NCBI GenBank assembly: GCA_030704615.1
Contig: CM060731.1
Span: 76,756,001-76,820,000 of the forward strand
Direction: 5' to 3'
Source of the DNA: Takakia lepidozioides
Taxonomy: Eukaryota > Plantae > Bryophyta
Length of the DNA: 64,000 nucleotides
A model generated the notes under the pieces. It was not told the origin of the DNA and ran no database searches. It worked only from the letters and a program-made list of their open reading frames with translations. Each line of letters opens with the position of its first letter. The stretch's first letter is position 1. Shown here piece by piece: positions 39,865-52,548 of the stretch. The position numbers were made by a program, and so were the translations under genes.

Positions 39865-40466
39865 AGGCATTGTGGACTCCCTCTCTTGGTCCTCTTTTGG
39901 AAACTATGGTCATGGTCAAGGCGCCTGATTTAATCAACTGTGCCGCCGCTGATTCCAGTTGACCATCTACCCATGTAGGTTTCTTGCAGCTATCCATCCA
40001 CAGGGAATCACAAGTAATTTTGAAATCGAGCCCTCTTGGATGAATCTGGACCCACACTCCAATCCCAGATCCTTCTATCCCTGCCTCTCCCCAAATTATA
40101 TATATATATTCTTGCCTTGCTGCTAGCAGCTGACAGCCTATAATCGTTCAGCAAACACCTCAACCCTACTCAGGACACACTAGTTCCTATGCTGAATTAC
40201 TCCCTAAACTTTCCAAGTGTGCAGCTACACATGAAAGAAAGAGGAAGAAGGAACTTTGTAGCATCTATGGAAAGCCAAAAGAGCTTACGGGCAAGAATGT
40301 ATAACAAAGAGATAAAGCACTACAATGCAAGCCTAAGTTTGCTGCAAGAAGATGGAGTGCCTCACAAGGGTAAAGCTGTAAAGCATTTCTGGTCAATGCG
40401 GCACCAGCCTCTGAAGAGAAGCCATGGTTTGAGCTGGAAAGAATGCGGTTGCTCTTGTGAGTGCAG

Positions 40467-40913
40467 GACAAGCTGTTCAGAGTGGCAGGATTGCCCATGG
40501 TGGACAATGTATGGCTGGCTACAATAGCTGCATGTTTGCTTATGGCTAGGTTGGCGATTGACCTCATTTGCGGGGGAATTTCGGGTGATGGGCTGTTGCT
40601 ATCTACTCTACTTATCCCCACACACGCTGCTTTACATGTGTGAAGGAAGATGATTGAGCAGACTTGTCACCATTCTTACTGCTTGCCATAGTCCTCAAAG
40701 ATCCCTGCTGTTCCCCACTGTTTCGTTGCTGTCTATCTAAGTTGAAAAGAGGTCCAGGCGGACAATGAGGGAATTTGTTTGAGGGTGTGACAGACAGGAA
40801 GTGGAAAAACTCACACAATGCTTGGAGACGTTGTTGATCTTGATCACAAACTCAGTGACAACCGAGGCATGACCCCGCGTGTGTTTGAGTGCATTTTTTA
40901 AAAAATCTGCTTG
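40467..40913 (+). pseudogene. Kinesin-12-like motor-domain exons (40467-40549, 40794-40913), inverted relative to exon 1
   Basis: DKLFRVAGLPMVDN/MAGYNSCMFAYG* and TGSGKTHTMLGD...RGMTPRVFECIF* with AG/GT borders; one frameshift and two stops. Confidence 0.85.
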
Positions 40914-41011
40914 GTATAAGTTCAGGTTATTATATGTATGTGCAATTGTTGTGTTTCACTAGGTCTGAGAGCTTGAATGTGGTGTTTTGCCTTATCCTGC
41001 TTGCTATCACA

Positions 41012-43271
41012 ATGCCTCCTCAACCACCTCAGTCATACAAGTTTCGTTATTTCTACTCTAGCAGAAATCCTGAAGCATCTGGCTCTTTGCCCTCAACGTC
41101 ATCTTGTACGCTTTCAGTTCAGATGAGTCAAGTAGAGCAACTCCCTGATGTGTAATTTGTTTGAGTGATTCAACCAACCCACGTGTAGATTTGTCGAGTA
41201 CACCTTATATGAACAACAATAAGCGTAGTTACGATAAAGCGAGGAAGTTTCAGGATATTTGGGCAGCAAAGTTGTCACGGGCTGAGATGTGTCTTGGTAA
41301 CGATGGCATCCTTCACACTGTGAAATGTATTGTATGTACAGAGACAGAGGGGAAAGCGAAACTCATTGCTCCTAAGTGGGACAACCTTCAAAAACATATT
41401 GGGCGTAGGAAGGGTGACATGGCGATTGCTGGTACTTCAGTAAAAAAGGTGATTTCTACTTCACCAAAGAATGTAAGCATGCAAAAAATGTGGTGTTGAT
41501 GGCCTCCAGCACTCGTGAGTCAGTGTCAGCCCAAATAGCGAATGCAGTGGCAGGTGAAAGGAAAAGAAAGGTAGTTCAGTTTGCCACAGTGTCTCACATC
41601 ATCCAACAAGGGCGTCTTGTGACAGAATATGAGTAAAGTAAATGGCTCTTTGATTTCCTGAATGTTCCGAGAAACCCAAAGAAGCATTGGTATGATACAA
41701 CAGGGTGGTCAATGGCTGAACATATGCATACCACTGTCATGGAAGCAGCAAGAGATGCAATTGGGGCTACTAAGTTGGTGGATTTAACCTGTGATGAAGT
41801 CTCAACAGTTGACAACCAATCATGGATTTCAGTTCATGCTTATGTTGTCGACAATTGGGTGCGTGCTCCTATCTTGCTTTCTCTAGAGAGAGTTGTGGAG
41901 GGGGGAGGATCTTATAATCTCACAAGGAAGATCATGGAAGCACTCATAGGTGGAGGCATGCCACAAGAACGCATTAGAGACAAACTATTGAGCTTTTGGG
42001 CTGATGGAGTAAATGTCTTTCAAGGGGTGTCAAAAAATGGAGTAACACGACAGATCCATGATGCATGGGCCCCTCAATCTTTGGGGATTGGATACATTGC
42101 ATGGCCCATCGCACTAACTTGGCGGTGCAAGTACTGTCAAACTTGACAGTGGTAAGCAAACTTGAGAATTTATTACAAGCTCTGTACACCTATTTTGTTC
42201 ATTCACCAAAGAGGCATGTGGAGTTTACAAAGTTGGCTACCATCATGGAAACAAAAAGGAATAAGTTGTTGAGAAATGTGAAAACCCGTTGGATTTCTAT
42301 GTTGAGCCCAGCCAAGCATGTGATGTTAGAATACCGTACCTTGCTCATGAAGATGGCCTTGGACAATGCAACAAACAGTCAAGTAAAGGTGAACTATGAG
42401 TCACTTTGTGACTTGCAGAGTTTGCTTGGCCTTGCTTGTCTTTTGCCTTTGCTAGAAACTATTCATGCGCTGATTAAGTTTGCCCAGATGCGGGATGTGT
42501 TCGTATGTGATCTGGTGACAACGATAAAAGTGTGTCAAGGTGATATTTCACTATGGACAATGACAAGAATTTTGCCTACAAGCCATACATGTTTTGGGCA
42601 TTTAGATCTCTATTGGAGTGTAACCATGACACCATACATATGAGCTGGGTCCTTGATTTGAACACGAGGTCCACCATCTTGCTTTTGACGTTAATGGACA
42701 ACACATTTGGGCTGTCCACCGCAAGGAAGTCACTGGGGAAACATGATTGGTGACACAAGAGGTCTTTGTGGAAGTGGATCAACTTGTCAAATCAGAGTGT
42801 GCAGGTATGTAGTCCCTTTTAAATGCTTTCTGAATTTGCTTTCAGTCCTATAGATATTGATAGGTTGTGGGTTTTTCTTAGCTAGATTATAAAATTGATG
42901 TGATAATTTGCTATTGACTTCGGGATTTGGATTGGGCTTTGTAGAAGCCGCTGAGGCTCTTGTGCGTGAGCTTGAAGGGCATTTTCCAGCACATGACATC
43001 ATGGATGCTTTGGGAATTGTCTACCAACAATATTGGCTTCAACCAGATTGTGAAGAGACTTTTCAGAGGCACTTGAACATTATTAAAGGTCAATATTGCT
43101 ATCCAAAGACTGTAATTGCAGGGGGGAAAAAACATTCAATGGTGGAGGTGTTGTCAAGTTCAACTTTGGACCAACAACAATGTATGCTCAAGTTAACTAT
43201 GAAGAACAATACTGCTGCAACAATGGCTCCACCCTTTGATCTGAATCCCTTTACAAGGCTTTGGCGGTCTG
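41012..43271 (+). pseudogene. hAT transposase 5' part (ZNF862/C17orf113-like), intron ~42806-42945
   Basis: FQDIWAAK...KCIVC zinc finger, CDEVSTVDNQSWISVH, ADGVNVFQG, HCMAHRTNLA, KTRWISM; truncated by the LTR at the TSD. Confidence 0.85.
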
Positions 43272-43858
43272 TGTCAAGGACAAGAACATGACTGAACACA
43301 ACCAAGAGATCAGACCAGAGGTACAAGACTAGACAAAAAGTCAAGGTCGAGGTGGCCGTATACACGATGAGTAAATAAGAATCAAGGCGATCTTTATAAC
43401 AATGAACAAGAGTACAAGATATTGGAACACGACTTGAATACTGGAATGCTGGAAACTGGACTGGAGTACCAGATACTGGAAACTGGGCTAGGGTACTGGG
43501 AACTGGAAACAATAGTAGCTTGAACCGGTGTTGGCGAGATTGAAGAGTGTCCAGTCTCGCCTCCTATATGTACTGGCTACTAAGAAGCTTCCCTTATGGA
43601 GGTTTCTTGCTAGAGAAGTTTTCAAGATTAAACAAAGGTTTCTTGATGAAGAAGCTTTCTTAAACAAATGAGGTATCTTGATGGAGAAGTTTCCTCCAAA
43701 GGAAGCTTCCTGAGCAGTTTCCCAAGTTACTCTTGGTAATTTGGTAAACTCCCGTTAACTTTGTAAGTAATGATAAACCATGTAAATCATGGTAGATCAC
43801 GGTAAGTCATTATAATTTCTGGTAACATGGTAACTTGATAACTTCTGGTATTTACTCC
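43272..43858 (-). repeat. Remainder of outer Gypsy 3' LTR (inverted)
   Basis: Reverse complement aligns to 6076-6563 and has an extra ~120 bp. Confidence 0.9.
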
Positions 43859-44165
43859 CACTACAACAGATCGCGGTATATATGACTGCCAATCCGCGGT
43901 AGTCATGGTTTTCCTGACTATGACCATGACTTCCCTATATTTTTAGACCAAATTGTGCTTTACGTAGTTTTTCAAATGCCTATGTAGTCACGTATTCATC
44001 CAAGGGGCTACATGGTTAGACGTTTGAATGACTACGTGACTCCGCACTCGGCGGAGGGTTGGTCAACGATGGTTGACCAGCGCGAGCTCACCACCAAATA
44101 GTTGCTGGAATGACTTCTAGTGGTAGCTTGGAATCAAAAAGTTAAAAAATTCGAAAAATTGTTTA
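43859..44165. mobile_element. Other end of the CACTA element
   Basis: CACTACAACAGATCGCGGTATATATGACTG (29/30 match to the TIR at 36350), preceded by TSD TCC; right limit approximate. Confidence 0.85.
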
Positions 44166-45257
44166 TAGGGTTGCTCATTAGAGGGCTGGGACTTAGCTCT
44201 CCTTGGCTATATTGTCTCCTGCACGTTTTCTTAGTATAGAGCCAAAGAGATGTTGTGTCATGGAACACGATGATCGGAGGATATGTAGGGGCATGGGATG
44301 CAGAAGGGGCGAAGCGCAACCTGAACCGCAACTGCAAATGTGGGCTCTTGGCTCCTGTAGTACCATGATTTGGTATTCTTCTTGATGTTTACAAGGTTCT
44401 TAGGAGAGTCAGCTTGGTCTTAGCAGGCCGCACATTTCAATCTCTGTCTGCTCAGCTGCACAGTGGTGGTTCTCACAGACCAATCCGACATTACCTGACT
44501 ACAGACACAAGCATCGCACACAGGAGGTCCTTGAGGACGGGTCTCTTGCACATGTTGGCTATGGCGCCTTCAGGGATACCATTCAAATCAGGTAATATGA
44601 TAAAACACTTGGTGGGTTTCTTTTCTGGGGTCGCTGTGTTGAATGTATGCGCCAATATCGGATCCAGGCTCTTTTGCGCAATTTAGCATAAACGAATGTA
44701 CTCTGGGCAAAGAAGGAAGAAAGCGCACGGGATTGTTAGACAAGGCCAATCTAAATAGTTATATGTGGCATTTAGATGCTGGAGCATGGAACAGCGCTGG
44801 CATAAGTTCCTTAAAGATCCTTCATACTGGTGGGACAGTAGCTTTTACAAGGGAAGCTTTCTTCATGTAGGATAAGAAGGAGTATGAGGGAAATCTATTA
44901 TGATTGTCTTGATTGTACCCCTAATAGTTAGAATCTCGCTTTGTTGTGCAAAAACTGCTTTTACTGTCCGTATCGTAGGTTGTTCTTCCTGAGCAGGGCA
45001 TGAAAGTAGGATGTCCAAGGCCTTTCCCTGAAGTTTGCAAGGTACTAGGGAGGGTCGAGACTGTGGCTGCTCAGCTGCTCCGTGGTCGTTTTCACAAACC
45101 ACTCCAAAATCTCCATACTATAGACAAGCTGGTGTAAGTTTGGACATGTCCGTATGTTCCTCATTGCATAGAGTCCAATGGAACCCACATTGAATTTCCA
45201 GGAGAATGCCAAAGTGATAGAACCGAGAACCTATTATTAGTGGACCGAACAACCAAC

Positions 45258-46190
45258 CTGCACATTATGGTCCTGCCAAAAAGATGGGTCCTCCTCGAGA
45301 TCAAAATGCTGCTCATTACTGTGCTGGCTAGCATGCTGCATCAACGCCATGGATCTCCCTACGGTTCCCGTAGACCCCATAGCCCGTGTGCCTGAGGGCC
45401 CCGCGCCTGCTAAACTCGCACTGGACGACGACCAACCAGACTTCAGCGAACGGGTCACAGTCCTACTAGGAGTTGCAGCTGAATTGTTTGGGCCATTGAA
45501 ACTCCCCCCAGAAAATGGTCCACCATCTGTATCAATGGGTCCCTTTCCTTGTCCAACTCTAAGAGCACGCGGAGTTCCATGAACGTTATCTCCTCCGGCC
45601 TTGATGGCTCCTGCATGAACTATTCTACTCCCATTCCATGCTTCCCTGTGAACCTCAGCGGTAGTGGCTGATTGACGGAGGTTCTTGGGGGATGTGGGTG
45701 CACTAGTGGCTGAATCCGCGCTATTACTATCCTGCAGAGTACGTGATGATGGAGAGTGCTTGAGGCCAGATGATCCCATCACATCCAGTCCAGAAGACGA
45801 AAGGTGCCGATATTGCCAGGTGTACTTGGCCTTAGTCTTTGCAGGCCCTCCCGATTGACCTGAAGAAGAAAGCGGATTCCTTTCCGGGGTTCCTGAAGCC
45901 GAACTGTTACCCTCCACATTCTCTGATAACGCATACCCAGATGAACCTCGCTTCTTCCCTCGAGAAGAGGATGATTCTGCCTTCACTGTGGGCGGTGAGG
46001 AATCAGGGTTCTCAGTCATAGGATTGTGAGCCGCCTCTGGTATGGGACAGAAAGGATGGCTTGCTGAAGAAGACGAGAGTGATGATTCATTCCCCTCATG
46101 TGAAGAGTTTCCGTCATTATGTTCTTGAGCTGATTTCTTTGGCGAGTTTTTCGTGAAGAAAAGAAGGGAAGACATTCCTTTTGCCATCAT
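45258..46190 (-). pseudogene. Kinesin-12-like first coding exon (open frame) inside the hAT
   Basis: Ser-rich N-terminus ending FDLEEDPSFWQDHNVQ|GT, typical of plant kinesin-12/POK N-termini; downstream exons are damaged or missing. Confidence 0.75.
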
Positions 46191-49100
46191 CAATACGTCG
46201 ATCTCTCTCCTTCTTTCTCACCCTTTTGCAAGCAACACCAATTGGTAACATGAAATTTTGGAAATTTCAGAAATTGAGACAGCTTAGGATTTATGCTACC
46301 GTGCTTATAACCTCTGCTACGTACTGTCTAACAATGACTGGTCCCTTCGTCGTTGTCCTCAACTATTACGCCAGGACGAACACGAAGCCAGATCCACAAC
46401 CGAAAACTTAAAATTTTGGTGAGCTTGAACCTTACCGTCCATACTAAAACCTTCTTCACCAACCAACAAAAGATCCGCAGTCCTTACTTTCGAGAGACAA
46501 AGACTCTAATTACAGTATGCCATCACAGTACTGAACTTTACGACTAGTGAATACTGCGTCTCGACCAGAACGCCACGGAAATGACAACGCTGGTGAGTCT
46601 GGCGGCCCGAAACTGTTAGAGGGCCACTGGCTTGCAAAACAAGATGGTGAACATGCAAAGAAATTCTCCCGCCTTCTTTCATTCTGTCAAAACTCTAAGT
46701 TGCCTTGGCACACGACTCGCCTTCATTCGCTTCTTGCCCCTTTCCCCGCACGCACTCATCAGTAAAGACAGCCTGCTGCATTCTGCATTCCACAGCTGAC
46801 AAACCCCTCGTGCGCCCTGTCGTGCCCTGCCCAGCCCTGCTCTGCTGGATCTCTGTCTGCATCGACAGGAATGTCTGTCTGCGCGGCCACTGAGCGCGCT
46901 CTCTTGGAACAACGGTAACCAGTTCTTCCGGTTCCAACACGTTTCGCTCTATTACAGGTTTCTACGGGCCATTTCTGATCCGCGGTCACTGCTCCGGTTC
47001 AGAATCTACCGTTTCTCATTCATCCGTCGCTACTTTTTGAATCTCGCGCTTCCGCCTTAAATTGGAAAAACTGTGAATTGGATGAGAAGGTGACAGAAAA
47101 ATCTTTCCGTGTGGTATTAAGGAGAAATTCAAATAAGGGCAAAACAGTAGGGGCACGTCGTCTTGGCAAATGCACGACCGAATAATGGCCTAATTATTAG
47201 TGTGACAGTTAGTGAAAGCCAAGATGGTGCTAGTTGGGCGCAGTGTTCGAAATTGTCAAGGGCCCAGGCAGACCATATGTCATCATCCATTAGGGCAACA
47301 TTGTCAACACTATTATATCCATGTCCTGATCATGGACTCAGCGTTGCTTCCTCGGAAAGTTCTCCCATCTATCGATGTTTCTCCTCATGTTGTATCTTCT
47401 CCTCAGTTTCTTGTTATTATGACGCCTCTTCGATACAGATAGCTCCACGTAACGTGTCGCCCTCACAAGTGAATCGCTCCCAGTGTTCATGTATTGACTC
47501 TGTGGGTCTTCAACGTGGCTTGGTCACCCTGATATCTCTAATGCTTTCAGGCCCCGTCTCTCCACCTCCAGGGCTCTGTTGGGCCTCCTCCCTGCTGCCT
47601 CCTGACAAAAGGCCCAAATTCAAATTCTTCCGCTCAGGGCTTTCAAATCTAGGTTCCCCCCCTAGCCCTCAACTAATCCCTTCCTCTGTTCCGAAAGTCA
47701 TGCCCTCTTCTACTGCTGTAATCCTCTCACTTCCCCTTCTCTCCTACAAGATCAAGATCAAAGAAATCATGGGAAAGAGGGCCTGCGAATAACAGTTTCC
47801 TGTACTCAACATTGAATTAAATGGTATGGTGCAGCGCTTCCACTCCACCTCCATAACCAGCCCAAATCGCAGCCCAGATCGCAGCACATCCACTCGACAT
47901 TCACAACCACACCATATCGCAGCCCATATGGAACCCAAGAAATCCTCCATAACATAACTACCTACATCCGTAACCCTAAACAGATCGCAACTTAGGAAGA
48001 TTCCCCATAACAATTACATACACCTATAATCCGTAAGTGCTGCGAAAATCTGATATGCAAGCTGGCGAGAGGACCCCTGGAGGTTGAGAGCTTGGCGAAA
48101 CGAAGGGTTGTGATGCGGCCGCCTAGGCGATAATGCATGGTCATGATGTGGCCCCTTGGCGATAGGACATGGACCCACGTATGGTTAGGGTGGCGCGAAT
48201 TGGTGGGCCCACGATGGCGTCGATTAGGCACAAGATATTCCAGCAATGGCGCTTTATGCGGAATTTTAGGCGTTTTGACCCCCCTAATTCCTTTGTACAA
48301 GTACCCAGGGCATTTGGCAGCTCGAAATTTGACGATTTTCCGCCAAAAAAAAAACACTGTAACAGACTGCTAATGGCATATCTTCAAAATGCTAGCTATG
48401 CAAATAGTTCACAACTTGAGAGCCCAATTTATTTCTTAAGTCTCCGCCATGGCCGCCTACACTAAGTAACTTACTTATGCACTACTCTTATGCTACTCAC
48501 AATGATAAACAATTGTTTTCCCGGTGACAGACTTCTTCTTGAAGTGTTTTCTTTGGGGGTGCACTATAGAGATATCACATGGAAGACTCCACATGCTGTG
48601 GATATCGGTAACCATTCTCTGTTCAAACAAATTCAACAGGATACTTTGAGCCATTCGAGTCGAGGCTCCATAGGCTACATTACGAATAACAGGCCACATT
48701 TGTGGAGGGACCTCATGTCTTTCTATGAGGATAGTCCCCACTGACTTGTTGATATGCAAAAGCACACCAACTCTGGTTTGCCCATTGCTATTCCTCAACC
48801 AAAAGGCTAGATCACCTCGCAACATTTGCAATGACCCTATTCTCTCTCATGATATTGAACATGAATATCAAAACATATAGATTATGATAATACCACCCAA
48901 ATATTGGGCATTGACAGCCTAATTTTGGATGTGAGATATTTGGGAGTTAGGATTTTGTATATAAAGATTGGGTTCAAGCTATATCACTAAGGGTTTCTCA
49001 ATGCGAAACCCACCACTGCGTAGGTTTGTGGCTATATCACCAAATGTTTCTTAATACGATCCGCCGCCGCTGCCATAGGTTTAGGGTTGCTGGCTATACT

Positions 49101-50598
49101 ACTCAAGGTTTCGCCTTGCAAAATCTTGGTTGAATTAGAGTTTGTATATGGCGTCGTTTGTTTTTCGATGAAGGTGAATCATAGAAAATAGTTTAATATT
49201 AAAATAATTATTTAAGTTTTTAATATGTCCTAGTTTGCAAGTAATTATTTGGAGTGTATTCAATGTTTATAAATGTAGAGATAGGGCATGTGGTTTGTCG
49301 AATTGGTGCAGATGTACCGTATAAACGCATCACTCCTGTATACCCGCTTATGGTTTGTTTATCGTTTTGAAACGAGGTTTAAAAACATAAAACCCCCATC
49401 ACCATAGTGTGCTCATGTAAACATGCTCACATTGTGCTCACACTATCCCAACCTCCTGCTGGAGCTAATAGCTCCCATGTTTCCTTTTGTAAGATTCCAA
49501 AGAAAGATGCTTCCTAGATTTAGTCTTTCTAAGCGAGCCTGGTATGAAAAAAGGGTGGGGATCCTTCATACAAAGACCAAGTCTGGTAAGAAAACATGGA
49601 CATACTAGTCCAAGAGTGGTTGCAACTTGTAACCAAGGGCCAGAGGATTGCCCAATTTTCACAAAGACTTGAAAATCCCATAGATGCACCAAAAGATTTT
49701 TCTTCTTTTTTAAATCTCTTTATATACCAGTTGGGTTGGTTAGTAGATGGGTGACATCCAACATATAACTATGTGGCATTGAACCCACAACCATTTTGTA
49801 AAACGATTCCCTTTCATCCATGGGTTGGTTATCATCGATAACATCCAACATACACGTATCTTGCTTTGAACCCGCAACCATTTGTAAAGCGACCTTGTGC
49901 CGTAACTTAACCACAGGGCCACCCGTGGAATATGTCCACGAACCCACATAGTGGACCACGTGGCGGCCTGATTTTATTCGTGAATATACAATTTAGAGAA
50001 TATTACAGGAGGCTAGTAGTAGGCCCATGTGTTGTCACATAATAATTGGTTGAGAGTTAGCTTTCCTATAAACTGTGCATCTTTTTATGTGAACGGTTTG
50101 CATGCGATTATGGTATGATCGGACGGCCAGAAGGATAGAGTAAAAGAGGATGCGCAGTGTGTTGCGGAAGTATGGTGGAGCCGCAGGGGGTGGAGGCAAC
50201 GATCGTGTCGGCCATGGATTCGGTGGTGCAGATCCTGGTGACGGCGTGTGCTGACACCTGTGAGGTTCCAGCTCTGTAGTAGCTTGCTGGAGGACACGTA
50301 TGGTCTCACGGCCTTGCCTTATATTGCAGCTCAAACACGGCACTGTCATCTCGCACAACATTCTCCTCTTCTTCAGCAGCTTTCAATTTGTCTACATCGT
50401 CAAGCATAGCATCTAGAGACGTGTGCATCTTCGAGCAGGCTAGAGCGAGTCCACAGGATTGATAAATAGAAGTCTAGAGAGCTCTTCAAGGTTTCTGCAA
50501 GCTCCAGTTTGCAGCACACGGCTGTAGCTGTCCGCCCCCTGTCCGCATTCAAAACTCTGTTGGAAGTTCTCAAATCTCTAGTCTAAGCGGTAGCTACA

Positions 50599-51436
50599 AT
50601 GGCATTCGGAAGAACGCGCGCAACAACTGCCAATGGCGGGATGGGCTACCCCACCACCACCACCGGGGGAGCTGGAACAAGCACCAGGAACCGTGGGTGG
50701 GGGAATATGAAAGGTTTACGGGGAAGGAAGAGTGCGCCCGCTGCAGTGGTTGAGAACAAGCTGTCAAGCCCAACTGTAAAATTCACTGACTTGCGCGCAG
50801 CCTCTGGGAGAAGAATGGCGGTTGCGGGCGCAACCATTGGGGAGAAGCTATCGCATGCTCGGGCCACCTTGCGCCTTGGCTTTTATACCGTTACCCACCC
50901 CATCCATCCCATACGTAGAGTTGCAGCCAAGGAAGCTAGCCACAACATCAAAGCTGCTGCCACAGGTATAGTGAATTTTTCTTCCCAGACCCACTCCCAC
51001 AGTTTTCACAGATGTCGTAAAGTCAGATAATGTCGTTCACTCATGCTTGCAGGTATTCTTGGTCTTACTCCCACTTCATTGTCTCCTGACATGTCACGGT
51101 GCTTCTTGTTCACATTGGGCTGTTGCATTCGTGTGACTCGTGGCCGATCAGATAGCTACCTCTTCAGAGAATTTGATAGAGCTCTACCATTGGCGATCTG
51201 ACCATTTGATCATGTCAATGCAGTTGTACAATATTCTGAAACAAAAGAGGGATTTTGTGAGCACATGGAGATCAGAGTGGCTGAATTGTCTTCTAACCAG
51301 AGGAATTTCTCTTTTGTTGGGTGGACCTTCCACAGAGAGGAAAAGACAGAAGATTGCTCGTGCCGTCGATAACGAATCCAGGAAGCGTGCAACGGTCCGT
51401 GAACGTCGTGCCCGGAACTTGAACACTGCGCTGTAA
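50599..51436 (+). CDS. LEA_1 (group 4/D-113)-like protein, 155 aa; exons 50599-50965, 51336-51436
   Basis: Phase-1 GT-AG intron shared with the paralog; Ala/Lys/Arg-rich helix similar to LEA_1; ACGTG cores upstream. Confidence 0.65.
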
Positions 51437-52115
51437 ATACGATGAAGGCATCATCCACCATAATGGCTAGAAATGTAATTACCGAGTTCCCTTGTGCGAC
51501 TCCAGACTGAAACTTGATTTCAAGTAAACACGGTTCTTCCTTCTGCCTGCGACATTGTATATTACACAAGAGTTTCACTACAATTTTGAGCACTCAGAAC
51601 GGAGAGTTTGTGGGAGATTTCGTTGATCGATGTGTTTACTAGTCCGTTACATATCTAGATGTGGCGACGTTACATCTTGGTGGGTAGCACCATGTACTTG
51701 TAATAGAAGTATTCTCTTCTGTTTATGTAAAATAAGCTGGCCGATGAGCAATAAATGGAACTGTGTTTGAGATATAATGAATGTGGAAACAACTGGTGTA
51801 AGTATCTTGTTTCATACCAGATTCTCAAATGCTGACCACGGCTTCCTTGAGCCATTGAGTGTATCTGAAAGTTGATCCGAGCCTGGCAAATCAGCAGCAA
51901 CGTCACGGTATGCAGATGATAATCTGCCAAAATGCAGAATCGAGTCGTCCTCCGGCCTGTCTCTCTCAGTTATAAATTAGTGCTCAAAGAGCTGGTTCAT
52001 TTGGAAGCTGCATACTTGGGTTGTATACAGTACTGAAGACTTTCAAGAGAGGGAAAAGTTTGCAGTCGGTTCAGTTCCGAATAACTAAAGCGTTGCAAAC
52101 TACTCATGAGTTCTG

Positions 52116-52394
52116 AAAAACTATTCCTTTCAAGCTGCCGATGAGCGTTATGAATGTGAGCTAATGAAACGACCGGTACTTCTCATTCACAAGTAGAGAT
52201 CTTGTTGTGACAGCTGCAGTATATCATGTCCTACACACGAGAATGATAGTACCAAAAACTATTCCTTTCAAGCTGCCGATGAGCGTTATGAATGTGAGCT
52301 AATGAAACGACCGGTACTTCTCATTCACAAGCAGAGATCTTGTTGTGGCAGCTGCAGTATATCATGTCCTACACACGAGAATGATAGTACCAAA
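52116..52394. repeat. 138-bp near-perfect tandem duplication
   Basis: aaaactattcctttcaagctgccgatgagc...atgatagtaccaaa twice, about 2 mismatches. Confidence 0.92.
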
Positions 52395-52548
52395 GACAGT
52401 CAGCTTGTTTTGGAATCTACAGTAAAGTGCATCTTCTGATTACTGTTTTCCACCCACCAGTTCTGTACTTAGCGAAGTAGATCATTGAAGTGGGTACCTT
52501 GGCTCAACAAATGTGAAGGGTTGCAGCCAGCCTGTGGATTAAAACCTC

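Larger units (their letters stand above)
6045..43858 (+). mobile_element. Outer Ty3/Gypsy chromovirus (Tcn1/Tf1-like), degenerate, interrupted and rearranged
   Basis: Two homologous TG...CA LTRs and TSD CAGAC (6040-6044; reverse complement at 43267-43271). gag, PR, RT, RH, INT and chromodomain pieces are all present with many stops. Confidence 0.85.
4355..48359 (-). mobile_element. hAT DNA transposon expanded to ~44 kb by nested insertions and captured host DNA
   Basis: Termini CAGTGGTTTTTTTTT (4355) and AAAAAAAAAACACTG (48359). Identical 8-bp flanks TAACAGAC at 4347-4354 and 48360-48367. TGGCG(A) subterminal repeats at both ends. Split hAT transposase inside. Confidence 0.85.

Noticed and set aside
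40794-41160. In-frame kinesin-transposase fusion protein
   Set aside because: The kinesin exon ends in phase 0 and the nearest acceptor (40962) gives an immediate stop; the kinesin exons are also damaged.
47163-47792. 209-aa Ser/Pro-rich ORF
   Set aside because: TTG start, no recognisable motif, and located in the hAT subterminal region.
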